A DNA stretch of 64,000 nt from Armatimonadota bacterium (GCA_038207085.1 JBBRAE010000006.1:1818-65817), one strand, 5' to 3'; positions 27,778-36,746 are shown, counted from the first letter of the stretch. Program-made: numbers and translations. Notes: generated by a model not told the origin, from the letters alone.

Positions 27778-28587
27778 ATGCGAACTATTGGACTTATTGC
27801 TGCAATTACTCTTTTTGCGCTGCCGCTTATGGCTGAGGATACTCTGCCAGCGTCGGCGAACCTGCGCTTTGCCGCGAAAACGGGGGACGTTGCCCGTTAC
27901 AACATAAAAGTTGAAGTGGTCGGCAAGACCAAGTCGCCCGGGGCCAATCAGGCGGTTCCAGTCGACCCAGTGCTCAATCTCGGAGTCGGCGTGACCACGG
28001 GGCCAAGCGCAAACGACGGCAGTTTTCCGCTGTTTGTGACCTGTGACAAGGCCTCTGCGACCCTTGCGGGCACATCGGTCGGGATGGACCCAAGCATGTT
28101 CCCGAAGCTTACGGCGATGCTCGACAAGGCAGGGGCTGTCACGAGGATCCTTCCGCCGGACCCAGCGCGTTCCCGTCAGCCGGGTATCAACTACAGAAGC
28201 TTTGTGCTGCTCCTCAATGCAAATGCGCCTGAGGGCGACATAAAACCCGGCACGACCTGGAAAAAGACGATCGCTGTTCCTTCAGAGATTTACAAATACG
28301 ACGTTACCTACAAGCTGGAGGGAGTCGAAAAGCTCGGCTCGGTCGCAGTCGCGAGGGTTCGGGCGGATATCTCGCTTGTTCCTCCCGCCGGTTCGGCGAG
28401 CTCGGGCAAGGGGTACGCGCTCAATCTCTACTCGCTTGACGGCGCGAAGCTTTTGAAGAGCCACTCGGAGATGAACGTCAAGATCGCAGCAGAGGCTGTA
28501 AAGACTCCTTCGGGTGCCCCGGCGGCGGACGATCCCGGTGACTTCGACGCGCTTATTAAGGTGGATATCACCCAGGCAGGCAAGTAA
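27778..28587 (+). CDS. Secreted hypothetical protein
   Basis: Signal peptide MRTIGLIAAITLFALPLMA. No recognisable domain. Start moved to ATG 27778. Confidence 0.45.
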   Translation: MRTIGLIAAITLFALPLMAEDTLPASANLRFAAKTGDVARYNIKVEVVGKTKSPGANQAVPVDPVLNLGVGVTTGPSANDGSFPLFVTCDKASATLAGTSVGMDPSMFPKLTAMLDKAGAVTRILPPDPARSRQPGINYRSFVLLLNANAPEGDIKPGTTWKKTIAVPSEIYKYDVTYKLEGVEKLGSVAVARVRADISLVPPAGSASSGKGYALNLYSLDGAKLLKSHSEMNVKIAAEAVKTPSGAPAADDPGDFDALIKVDITQAGK

Positions 28588-28593
28588 CGCCTG

Positions 28594-29337
28594 ATGATCC
28601 CACACATAGTTCCGGTCTTGATTGGGTTTACCGGCGCGATCGTCGTCATCTATGTGATGGTTTGCTGGTGGTCCGAGGGGGTGCTGTCCGGTGGCGAAAT
28701 GCTTGCCTACAGCACGATTTACGGTGGCCTGGTCTTCGGGGTGTTCGCCTCGGTCGGACGCGGCGGGCTGGTGTGGGTTGCTCTTGTCCTGCTGGTCGGA
28801 TCAGTCGGCTGGGTCATCAGCTGCAACCAGAAAGAGAGCCTCCGAAGTTACTACAGGGAAAAGATCAAGGCCTACGAGGTATCGATTCGGCATGACCCGA
28901 CCAACACGGCGGCCCGATCAGCAATGGCTGAGGCTTACTACCTGCTGGGCGACCTCGATAAGGCGATTGGCTCGCTTGAGATCGCAGGCGAAAAGGGCAG
29001 GCTCGACTCAAAGGACAACCATCGCCTGGTCGACTGGTGCAAACAGCGCGAGCTTCGCGACTCGAAAACCGTAGTCTGCCACAAATGCTCGGCCTGCAAT
29101 ATTTGGGGGGCGACTCAGTGCTGGGTGTGCAACTCCGTAATAGATTACGCCGGGCGCACGTTGTGGGATAACCTCGTCGACAGCAGGCAGAACGTCAGAT
29201 TTCTCGCAGCCGTGGCCGTGTGGCTCGTCGCACTGATCGTCTCGCTCATCTTGCTCCCGCCTGTTCAGACCGGGATTGTGACGGGATGTTTCACGCTCAC
29301 GATCGCCGGCTGGCTAATGTTATCGTCAAGACAGTAA
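28594..29337 (+). CDS. Membrane protein with TPR-like segment and a CxxC...CxxC zinc-ribbon
   Basis: Two N-terminal TM helices and one C-terminal TM helix. VVCHKCSACNIWGATQCWVCNS zinc ribbon. Confidence 0.45.
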   Translation: MIPHIVPVLIGFTGAIVVIYVMVCWWSEGVLSGGEMLAYSTIYGGLVFGVFASVGRGGLVWVALVLLVGSVGWVISCNQKESLRSYYREKIKAYEVSIRHDPTNTAARSAMAEAYYLLGDLDKAIGSLEIAGEKGRLDSKDNHRLVDWCKQRELRDSKTVVCHKCSACNIWGATQCWVCNSVIDYAGRTLWDNLVDSRQNVRFLAAVAVWLVALIVSLILLPPVQTGIVTGCFTLTIAGWLMLSSRQ

Positions 29338-29347
29338 AGAAGGTTCA

Positions 29348-30028
29348 ATGGAAGGACAGTCAGTAAAGAAGTCGCATCGCAAAGGCACGGTATCGCTCGT
29401 CACGGGCCTTACGGGTTACCTGCTCGCAGTCGTGATACTGTGGTTCAACCAGCAGGCCGCGACATATGAGTATTATATTGTCGGCAACGCGGTGCTGTTG
29501 TTCTTTATCCCCTCGCTCATTATATTCCTGATGGGGGAGGACCACTCGAGCTTCGGACTGACTATCGGAAGCTGGAAGCAGATCAAGTGGTGGGTTGCCG
29601 CGATGTATGCTGTGATGCTCGTCGTGGTGGTCGTTGTCTCCCGCACACCGGAGTTCCACAACTACTACCCGTTCCCGAGGCAGTTCGCGAGCTTTATGGA
29701 GAGTGGGCGGTACGTTCCCGGAGGTATGTTGGCGTTTGTATACGGTGAACTCAGCTACGGGATGTATATGTTCTTCTGGGAGTTCTTCTTCAGGGGATAT
29801 ATGCTCTTTGGCATGTCGCGGAGCTTGAAGTGGGGGTCGATCATCGTGCAGACGATTCCATTTGTGGTCCTTCACCACGGCAAACCCGGCATGGAGCTCG
29901 CCGCTTCGCTTCCTGCGGGGATCATCCTCGGCATCCTTGCCATGCGCTCCAAGAGCTTTTTGCCCTGCTTTGCGCTGCACTGGGCTGTGCAGTTGACGAT
30001 GGACGTGTTCGCGGTAGTTGGAAAGTAA
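29348..30028 (+). CDS. CPBP-family intramembrane glutamic endopeptidase (CAAX protease / Abi family)
   Basis: Multi-TM protein. The EExxxR motif (FWEFFFRGYM), the FxxxH motif (FVVLHHG), and a second His (ALHWAV) are typical of CPBP. Confidence 0.8.
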   Translation: MEGQSVKKSHRKGTVSLVTGLTGYLLAVVILWFNQQAATYEYYIVGNAVLLFFIPSLIIFLMGEDHSSFGLTIGSWKQIKWWVAAMYAVMLVVVVVVSRTPEFHNYYPFPRQFASFMESGRYVPGGMLAFVYGELSYGMYMFFWEFFFRGYMLFGMSRSLKWGSIIVQTIPFVVLHHGKPGMELAASLPAGIILGILAMRSKSFLPCFALHWAVQLTMDVFAVVGK

Positions 30029-30154
30029 TCGCAGCTGGAGTGTCCACTCTATGCAGTAGGCCACCAGTTCCCCGGCTTCGTGCTCAGGGATTTTGATGAG
30101 CGGACACTCCGTGCGAATGGACAGCCAAGTTGGCTGCCCATTCATCAGGCTAGG

Positions 30155-30403
30155 TTACCTCGTGTGGGACTCGGCAGTCCTGCCGTGCCCCGGAACACAG
30201 ACGTCTCGGCTCTCAGAGAGTGTAATCAGCATCGAAATGCCGTACAACCCAGCGAGGCCGACCAGAGTATAGACGATTCGGCTGATGGTGCTCATCTCGC
30301 CGAACAGGTAGCTCACGATGTTAAAATCAAAAAGCCCAACAAGGAGCCAGTTGACAGCTCCGATAACCATAAGTGTTAGAGCTGTAATCGATAGCGCTCT
30401 CAT
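30155..30403 (-). CDS. DUF378 family small membrane protein
   Basis: GAVNWLLVGLFDFNIVSYLFG matches the DUF378 two-TM signature. Confidence 0.7.
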   Translation of the reverse strand: MRALSITALTLMVIGAVNWLLVGLFDFNIVSYLFGEMSTISRIVYTLVGLAGLYGISMLITLSESRDVCVPGHGRTAESHTR

Positions 30404-30521
30404 CGTAACATCTCCTAACCCCCCATCTCTGTGGGGACCAATATTCTCAACTATGTTTTACCCAACCGACGTGCCGCTAATCGCGGCAGGTCAAAACAAC
30501 CCCTATGGTTAAGAAATAACT

Positions 30522-31064
30522 ATGAATCTGAATGAGAAGACAATCAAATCAAGCAAAGTCTATGAAGGCAGGGTGGTGAACCTCCGGGTCGACACGGTGG
30601 AGCTTCCTGATGGCCGCCACGCCACCCGCGAGATCATAGAGCACACCGGCGCGGTTGCGATCGTGCCACTGCTTGACGCGTCCAGGGTCGTGATGGTCCG
30701 CCAGTTTCGCCAGGCCGCGGGCCAGATACTGACCGAGATTCCCGCAGGGACGCTCGAAGTCGGTGAGGAGCCCAAGGCTTGCGCCCTTCGCGAGCTTATG
30801 GAGGAAACGGGCTACTGCGCGGGACGTCTTACCTTGATGTTCAGCACATACCTCGCGCCGGGTTACTCGGAAGAGATGCTCCACACCTTTCTTGCCGAAG
30901 ACCTGACCCCAGCCAAGCTCGATCACGATGATGACGAGTTTCTGGAGGTCATAACCGTGGATATTGAGGACGCGGTCGATATGATCACAAACGGCGAGGT
31001 CCGCGACGCGAAAACCGTCTGCGGCCTGCTGATGGCCCGTCGCCTGAAGGGCATTTGTCCGTAG
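30522..31064 (+). CDS. NUDIX hydrolase (ADP-ribose pyrophosphatase-like)
   Basis: Nudix box GTLEVGEEPKACALRELMEETG. Confidence 0.85.
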   Translation: MNLNEKTIKSSKVYEGRVVNLRVDTVELPDGRHATREIIEHTGAVAIVPLLDASRVVMVRQFRQAAGQILTEIPAGTLEVGEEPKACALRELMEETGYCAGRLTLMFSTYLAPGYSEEMLHTFLAEDLTPAKLDHDDDEFLEVITVDIEDAVDMITNGEVRDAKTVCGLLMARRLKGICP

Positions 31065-31210
31065 GTTCGGACGCCGTGCAAACAACCTCCCGGGATACAC
31101 TCGTTTCTTTACGTAGTGACAAAAGTATGCCGGGCAAGGAGTCTCTCCTCCGCGCCCGGCTAATGCCTTTCACCTCTATTATTTCCTTTTTATTATTATA
31201 GAGTGGGGAA

Positions 31211-31397
31211 TGTCTAAGAGCATGTCTGAGAAGTGTAGTGGCCGTCTGCTGTGACGGCCATCGGCTCCGAAGGAGCCGGAAAACGGTGGAATTTCGTGCC
31301 AATTGAGCATTGCTACGAGTAGGGCAGCGCCTACGGCGCTGATGGCCGGCACGGCGACCGGCCCCTACAATTGGGATTTCTCAGACACGCTCTAAGG
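31211..31397 (+). repeat. Copy 1 of a 187-nt highly structured repeat element with about 20-bp imperfect terminal inverted repeats (MITE-like element or structured ncRNA). Copy 2 is at 53278-53464.
   Basis: About 92 percent identical to 53278-53464. The ends GTCTAAGAGCATGTCTGAGAA and TTCTCAGACACGCTCTAAG are inverted. Internal hairpins are TGGCCGTC-loop-GACGGCCA, CGGCTCC-GAA-GGAGCCG, and CAGCGCC-UACG-GGCGCTG (UACG tetraloop). Loop nucleotides differ between copies while stems are conserved. Confidence 0.6.
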
Positions 31398-31670
31398 GGT
31401 CAGTGTCTGTAGACCGGTGTCGGCGGCGGGGACGATCACGGGGGTGCCGCTTGCGTCGGTCTGGCTGTAGCCGGTTATAGCGGCGAACGTTCCGTCTGCC
31501 GGGGTCTGCCCGAGGAACGTTGTCGCAAGCTTGCACCAGGCTGGGACCGGCACAGGGTTGCCGTTTGCGTCCAGCTGGGTTCCAGGGACAGCCGATCCGT
31601 CGTCGATCCAGATTCCGCCGGAGTCGACGTGCACTTTCCCTGCGACCTTGACGAGTGAGCTAACCTGCAT
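31392..31670 (-). CDS. Hypothetical 92-aa ORF, possibly the C-terminal remnant of a truncated gene, bracketed by two repeat elements
   Basis: The ORF stop abuts the 187-nt element and its start abuts the double-hairpin repeat. Codon usage is GC-rich, but there are no homology cues and no clear RBS. Confidence 0.25.
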   Translation of the reverse strand: MQVSSLVKVAGKVHVDSGGIWIDDGSAVPGTQLDANGNPVPVPAWCKLATTFLGQTPADGTFAAITGYSQTDASGTPVIVPAADTGLQTLTP

Positions 31671-31736
31671 TATTCACGAGGAGCGTGAATAATGCTTTGA
31701 TAGCGAGAGCTTTATTCGCTTCACGAATAAAGCGGG
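31667..31736 (+). repeat. Copy A of a 70-nt double AT-rich hairpin element (3 copies in the window)
   Basis: GCATTATTCACG-AGGAG-CGTGAATAATGC (12-bp stem), then a 14-nt spacer, then GCTTTATTCG-CTTCA-CGAATAAAGC (10-bp stem). Also at 45221-45290 (inverted) and 60068-60137. Confidence 0.6.
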
Positions 31737-31765
31737 CTAACGTGTGCGCGGCCCAGAGTACGTGC

Positions 31766-31796
31766 AAAAAGGCCGGAGAGATTACACTCTCCGGCC
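31766..31796 (-). terminator. Rho-independent terminator downstream of pilT
   Basis: On the minus strand, GGCCGGAGAG-UGUAAU-CUCUCCGGCC is followed by UUUUU, 80 nt after the pilT stop. Confidence 0.5.
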
Positions 31797-31828
31797 TTCG
31801 GTTGTATCTATCAAATTGTGACGTTTGC

Positions 31829-31878
31829 AAAAGCTAAAAGCTAAAAGCTAACAGTTAATGGCTAATAGCTAACAGCTC
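31829..31878 (+). repeat. Tandem AGCTAAN heptad tract containing the 18-mer GCTAATAGCTAACAGCTC shared with 36240-36257
   Basis: AAAGCTAAAAGCTAAAAGCTAACAGTTAATGGCTAATAGCTAACAGCTC lies immediately 3' of the pilT stop. Confidence 0.6.
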
Positions 31879-32942
31879 TAATGCGTCGGTCTTCTCATCA
31901 TCTGCTTGAGCTCGGTGAGGTTTCCTGCGCTGGCCATGGCGTCTTCTTCGGTGATCATTCCGCTCTTGAGGAACTTCGCGAGGCACTGGTTCATGGTCTG
32001 CATTCCCCAGAAGTTGCCCTCGGCGATCGCCTGATAAAGCTGGCTTGATCGGCCTTCTTCTATCAGTTTGCTGATCGTCGGGTTGCCGATCATAATCTCC
32101 ACCGCGGCGATTCTGCCATCGGTGTCGCACCTCGCGATCAGTTTCTGGGAGATGGTCGCCTTGAGCGTTTTTGCAAGCCGAAGACAGATCTGGGGCTTGT
32201 CGTGCGGCGGGAACATGTTGATGATACGCTCCATAGTCTCCGGGGCGCTTGTTGTGTGGACCGTCGAGAAAACGAGGTGCCCAGTTTCTGATGCCGCGAG
32301 CGCTACGTTCATCGTCTCCACGTCGCGCATTTCACCGATCAGAATGACGTCCGGGCTCTGTCGCACAACGTACTTGAGCGACTCTGTGAACGAGTCGGTG
32401 TCTATCCCGATTTCCCTTTGGCTCACGATCGAGCGCTTGTCCGGGTGGACGAACTCGATCGGGTCCTCGACGGTGATGATATTGCAGCGGCGGTTTTCGT
32501 TGATCATGTCGATCATAGCCGCAAGGGTGGTGGACTTGCCGCATCCGGTAGGTCCGGTCACAAGGATAAGTCCCTGCCGCAGCTTGCACATGTCGGTTAT
32601 GACCTGGGGCATCCCAAGCTGCTGGAGGCTGTAAATCTTGAGCGGGATAATACGAAGCACCATCCCTACTGTGCCGCGCTGCTGGTAGACGTTGGCTCGG
32701 AACCTGGCGAGCTCTTTTATCTCGAAGGCAAGGTCGAGTTCACGTCTGCGCTCGAAGCGCCCGATCTGCTCGTGGGCCATGATCCCATAGGCCATGTCGC
32801 GGATCTCGGTTCCTGCGAGCGCAGGCATATCGAGGGTGACAATCTTGCCGTCGATCCGAAACGTCGGCGGTGTGTTATCCTTGAGGAAGATATCTGAAGC
32901 CCGTTTTTCAACGGCGAGTGCGCATAGTTCCTTCAGTTCCAT
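31878..32942 (-). CDS. pilT: Type IV pilus twitching-motility ATPase PilT
   Basis: GLILVTGPTGCGKSTTLAAMI Walker A, VILIGEMRD Walker B, and conserved His/Asp boxes. 354 aa. Confidence 0.9.
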   Translation of the reverse strand: MELKELCALAVEKRASDIFLKDNTPPTFRIDGKIVTLDMPALAGTEIRDMAYGIMAHEQIGRFERRRELDLAFEIKELARFRANVYQQRGTVGMVLRIIPLKIYSLQQLGMPQVITDMCKLRQGLILVTGPTGCGKSTTLAAMIDMINENRRCNIITVEDPIEFVHPDKRSIVSQREIGIDTDSFTESLKYVVRQSPDVILIGEMRDVETMNVALAASETGHLVFSTVHTTSAPETMERIINMFPPHDKPQICLRLAKTLKATISQKLIARCDTDGRIAAVEIMIGNPTISKLIEEGRSSQLYQAIAEGNFWGMQTMNQCLAKFLKSGMITEEDAMASAGNLTELKQMMRRPTH

Positions 32943-32949
32943 ATCGGGG

Positions 32950-33660
32950 TTATACTGCTCCTTTCGACTTGCCTGCGGCGCGGCTTGATATTACGTATAC
33001 CACGACACCGGCGGCGAGCGCTAAAAGCAACGCAAGCCAGATAATCTTTCCACTTCCGCCAGTGGTATTTCCTGCGGTTTTTGCGCCCGGTCCTTCTTTT
33101 GGCTGGCTGACGATCAGCGGCAGCCCGAGTTTGTCGAAGTCCCTGTCTTTGACTGTCACTGCGTAGGAATATGTTCGATTGGTCGTGTCAAAATCTATAT
33201 CGACGTATTTGTTTTGGTAGTCACGGATCGACCTGAACGGCAGCTTGCCCTGAAGCGCGTAGTTGATCTGGATCTTATCGAACCTCTTTAGTGCGACGAT
33301 AAAGGGCTCCACCTGGATAATCCCCGTAGCCCACTCGACGGCTCCACTGTCCACCTGGAAGTCGATGCTGGTCATCTTGGGGCCGCCGGGAGCGCTCGCC
33401 TCGGTTGAGACCGAGACATTGCTGACCTTCCACCCCGCAAGGCGTGCCACTTCCTTCAGGTCGGCGATCGCGTTGGCCCTGGGGACTTCGGAGTTATAGA
33501 TGATGCTTGCCATGTCCTGGGGCATGCTCCCGGATATGATAAGCGCCATCACGTCTGGGGTATCCCCGGTCTGCATCTGTGCGCCTGCGAAAGACGCTGC
33601 GAGGGTGAGTATCCCGAGAGTAAGAACCACAAAAAGTGTAGAACTGCGTTTCAAGATCAA
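32950..33660 (-). CDS. Hypothetical exported protein with C-terminal membrane anchor, upstream of and co-oriented with pilT
   Basis: N-terminal signal/TM (LFVVLTLGILTLAASFAGA). Gly-rich linker. C-terminal TM IIWLALLLALAAGVVVYVI. Confidence 0.5.
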   Translation of the reverse strand: MILKRSSTLFVVLTLGILTLAASFAGAQMQTGDTPDVMALIISGSMPQDMASIIYNSEVPRANAIADLKEVARLAGWKVSNVSVSTEASAPGGPKMTSIDFQVDSGAVEWATGIIQVEPFIVALKRFDKIQINYALQGKLPFRSIRDYQNKYVDIDFDTTNRTYSYAVTVKDRDFDKLGLPLIVSQPKEGPGAKTAGNTTGGSGKIIWLALLLALAAGVVVYVISSRAAGKSKGAV

Positions 33661-34047
33661 CAGGTTATCCTCGATCTATCGTCATGCCGGGTCACCGGCT
33701 GTATCAAGAAAGAGTCTACACCAGAGCCAGCTCCGCGTCAAGGACGCGTTGTTCGGCGGGTAATTGTAGGAATTGTTGGCAGCGGTCAATCTTGATTTGG
33801 AGTGCGGCTTGCGAGAGCCGCTTTCACAAATCTTCCGGCTGGCGATAATATGGCGCTTGCGCGCCTTGCTGTCGCCCGAGAACAAAGCGGCGATTGCTCC
33901 CCGCACTCCACATAAGGGCCGTTTGTCGCCGACAATATTTACATACACCCTTGTTCGGCCAAGGCGCACATTTCTTGCTAATGCTGCAGAGTTCATGCGA
34001 AAATAGAGCCGCGCGTCCAAATGCAAAACGCGCACGGGAGACAACAG

Positions 34048-34842
34048 ATGAAGTTCGTTAGGTTCGCCTCCGCCGCTCACCCCGACGGAGCTTACGGGAT
34101 AATAGAAGGCGGCCGCATCGAGGTAGTCCAAGGCGGTCTCTTTGACCCAATCGAAAAGACCGGTAAAGTGATACCAGAGGCTGATATCGAGCGCTACCTG
34201 CCGCCGGTCGACCCGCCGAATATCGTCGCGATTGGCAAAAACTACGCAGATCACAGCGCCGAGATGGACAGCGCGCCTCCAACTGAGCCGCTTTTCTTTA
34301 TGAAGCCGACGACCTCGCTCGTCGGCCACAAGGGCACAGTCCTTCTGCCGAAGATGGCACCCTGTGAGGTGGATTACGAGGCAGAGCTTACGATTGTGAT
34401 CGGCAAGACATGCCGCAACGTCTCACCTGAAGAGGCGCTCGACTACGTCTTCGGCTACACCTGCGGGATGGACGTTTCAGCACGCGACTGCCAGTTCCGC
34501 GACGGCCAGTGGGTGCGCGCCAAGGGGTTCGACACCTTCTGCCCGCTCGGCCCCTACGTCGAGACCGATCTCGACCCCGGTGCAAGCCGCGTTCGGCTCA
34601 GGCTGAACGGTGAAACGATGCAGGACGCCCTGACGAGCCTGATGCTCTTCGACTGTGCGACGCTCGTAAGCTTTCTCAGCCGCTGGTCGACGCTAATGCC
34701 CGGCACGATAATCCTGACCGGCACGCCAAGCGGCGTAGGCTTCGCTCGAACGCCTCCGGTATTCCTGAAGACAGGCGACACCTGTGAGATCGACATAGAG
34801 GGGCTGGGCGTCCTTGAAGTGGGCATCGCCGAGGAAGGCTGA
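34048..34842 (+). CDS. Fumarylacetoacetate hydrolase (FAH) family protein
   Basis: IVAIGKNYADH, EAELTIVIGK, and GTPSGVG motifs of the FAH fold. Start at ATG 34048 (MKFVRF). Confidence 0.8.
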   Translation: MKFVRFASAAHPDGAYGIIEGGRIEVVQGGLFDPIEKTGKVIPEADIERYLPPVDPPNIVAIGKNYADHSAEMDSAPPTEPLFFMKPTTSLVGHKGTVLLPKMAPCEVDYEAELTIVIGKTCRNVSPEEALDYVFGYTCGMDVSARDCQFRDGQWVRAKGFDTFCPLGPYVETDLDPGASRVRLRLNGETMQDALTSLMLFDCATLVSFLSRWSTLMPGTIILTGTPSGVGFARTPPVFLKTGDTCEIDIEGLGVLEVGIAEEG

Positions 34843-34987
34843 CGTGCTGGCCTTGAGTTCTTCGCCGCACTAGGGTAATATGTAGTATCCATAGTCTTTG
34901 GGGCCAGCGGATAGGGGCAGGTGTCGGTTCAAACCGGCTTCCCAGCTCCAATCCCCGGCCCTTATTTACGTACAAAGGAAACAAGTT

Positions 34988-36049
34988 TTGAATCAGTATC
35001 GAATCGCCACCTACCCCGGCGATGGAATTGGGGTAGACGTTACCGCCGAGGCACTGAAGGTCCTGTGCGCCGCCGAAGTCCGCTTCGGCTTCAAGCTCGA
35101 CGTAACCGAGTTCGACTGGGGACACCGCTATTGGAAGAAGACAGGCGAGGTCGCTCCTGACGATCTGATCGAGACGCTTCGCCCGTTTGATGCGATCTAC
35201 CTCGGCGCGGTCGGCGACCCCGCACATGTGCCCGACCACATAACGCTGATTCCGCTTATCAGGATGCGTCAGGAGTTCGACCAGTACGCCTGCGTCCGTC
35301 CCGCGGTGCTTCTCCCCGGCGTCGAGAGCGTGCTTTCAGACCGTGAGCCAGGGGACATAGACATCGTGGTAGTGCGAGAGAACTCCGAGGGTGAGTATGC
35401 AAGCATCGGTGGCCCGTTCAAGGCAGGGACAAGCGACGAGATTGCCGTCCAGACCGCGATCCACACCCGAAAGGGCGTCGAGCGGATCACCCGCTACGGA
35501 TTTGAGCTAGCCCGAACCCGCAAGAAGCGCCTGACGGTCGTGACCAAGTCAAACGCGATGAAGTACAGCATGGTGATGTGGGACAGGATCCTGGCTGACC
35601 TCGCGCCCGAGTACCCCGATGTCCAGGCCGACAAGGTCCACGTGGACGCGATGACCGTCTACTTCGTAAAGAACCCCGAGCGATTCGACGTAGTAGTCGC
35701 ATCAAACCTCTTCGGCGACATCCTAAGCGATCTCGCAGGCGCGATCACGGGAAGCCTGGGCCTCGCCCCGAGCGCGAACATCAACCCCGAGCGCAAGTTC
35801 CCGTCGCTCTTTGAGCCAGTGCATGGCTCCGCGCCGGACATCGCCGGAAAAGGCATAGCAAACCCAATCGCCGCCATCCGAAGCGCCGCAATGATGCTCG
35901 ATTTCCTAGGCGAGCACGAAGCCGCGAAAGCAATCGACGCCGCAGTAGTCGAGAACTTGGCCGATGCAAATATCCGAACCCCCGACCTTGGAGGAACCGC
36001 GACGACTGTGGAAGTGGGCGACGATATCGCAAAAAGAGTTTCTTCGTAA
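34988..36049 (+). CDS. Isocitrate/isopropylmalate dehydrogenase family protein (tartrate dehydrogenase/decarboxylase-like)
   Basis: YRIATYPGDGIG, VRENSEGEY, and NLFGDILSDLAGAITGSLGLAPSANINP. TTG start at 34988 follows the AAAGGAAA RBS. Confidence 0.85.
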   Translation: MNQYRIATYPGDGIGVDVTAEALKVLCAAEVRFGFKLDVTEFDWGHRYWKKTGEVAPDDLIETLRPFDAIYLGAVGDPAHVPDHITLIPLIRMRQEFDQYACVRPAVLLPGVESVLSDREPGDIDIVVVRENSEGEYASIGGPFKAGTSDEIAVQTAIHTRKGVERITRYGFELARTRKKRLTVVTKSNAMKYSMVMWDRILADLAPEYPDVQADKVHVDAMTVYFVKNPERFDVVVASNLFGDILSDLAGAITGSLGLAPSANINPERKFPSLFEPVHGSAPDIAGKGIANPIAAIRSAAMMLDFLGEHEAAKAIDAAVVENLADANIRTPDLGGTATTVEVGDDIAKRVSS

Positions 36050-36224
36050 GTATCTGATTGAGACGATGGCCCCGGATATTCATCCGGGGCGCTGGGTCCC
36101 CGGGACGTTCGTCCCAGACAATCCCCCCAAATATCCAGCTCAAACGGACAACCCCGCCCACTCGACACCATCCGGCACACATTTCCCGTATTCCAGGAGG
36201 GTATACTAATGTAGGGCTATGCTC

Positions 36225-36257
36225 AACTGCAAGCTAACAGCTAATAGCTAACAGCTC
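36225..36257 (+). repeat. Heptad tract GCTCAAC-TGCAAGC-TAACAGC-TAATAGC-TAACAGC-TC containing the 18-mer shared with 31861-31878, 13 nt upstream of the msrA RBS
   Basis: GCTAATAGCTAACAGCTC at 36240-36257 is identical to 31861-31878. Confidence 0.6.
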
Positions 36258-36275
36258 AAACCAGGAGGACAAACA

Positions 36276-36746
36276 ATGGAAAAGGCCACATTCGCGGCTG
36301 GCTGCTTTTGGGGAGTTGAAGCCGCTTTTCGTGAGATAAAGGGTGTTAAGTCGACCTCCGTCGGCTACATGGGGGGCGCTACCAAGGATCCGACCTACAA
36401 AGAGGTCTGCACGGACCGCACCGGGCACGCGGAAGCCGTAGAGATCGAGTATGATCCAAGTGAGGTCAGTTATGCGGAGCTTTTGGATAAGTTCTGGGAT
36501 ATTCACGATCCGACCACGGTGAACCGACAGGGGCCGGATGTTGGGTCGCAGTATCGCTCGGCGATCTTCTATCACACTCCCGAGCAGTATGAGGCGGCGG
36601 CTGCATCGAAGACGAAACTTGAAGAGTCAGGCAGATATCGCCGTCCGATTGCGACTGAGATCACTCCCGCATCGGAGTATTATCTGGCCGAGGATTACCA
36701 TCAGCAGTATCTGGAGAAGAGGGGACTCGCGAGTTGCCATATTTGA
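36276..36746 (+). CDS. msrA: Peptide methionine sulfoxide reductase MsrA
   Basis: [15 protein letters not shown] active-site motif. 156 aa. Confidence 0.9.
   Translation: MEKATFAAGCFWGVEAAFREIKGVKSTSVGYMGGATKDPTYKEVCTDRTGHAEAVEIEYDPSEVSYAELLDKFWDIHDPTTVNRQGPDVGSQYRSAIFYHTPEQYEAAAASKTKLEESGRYRRPIATEITPASEYYLAEDYHQQYLEKRGLASCHI

Noticed and set aside
30985-31302. ORFs 30985..31302 and 53175..53432 sharing ARNSTVFRLLRSRWPS(QQ/RR)TATTLLRHALR, as a conserved small protein
   Set aside because: The shared segment is simply the repeat element read on the minus strand. Differences between the copies are non-synonymous and fall in hairpin loops. The first ORF runs antisense into the NUDIX gene. Interpreted as an RNA or MITE element, not a protein.
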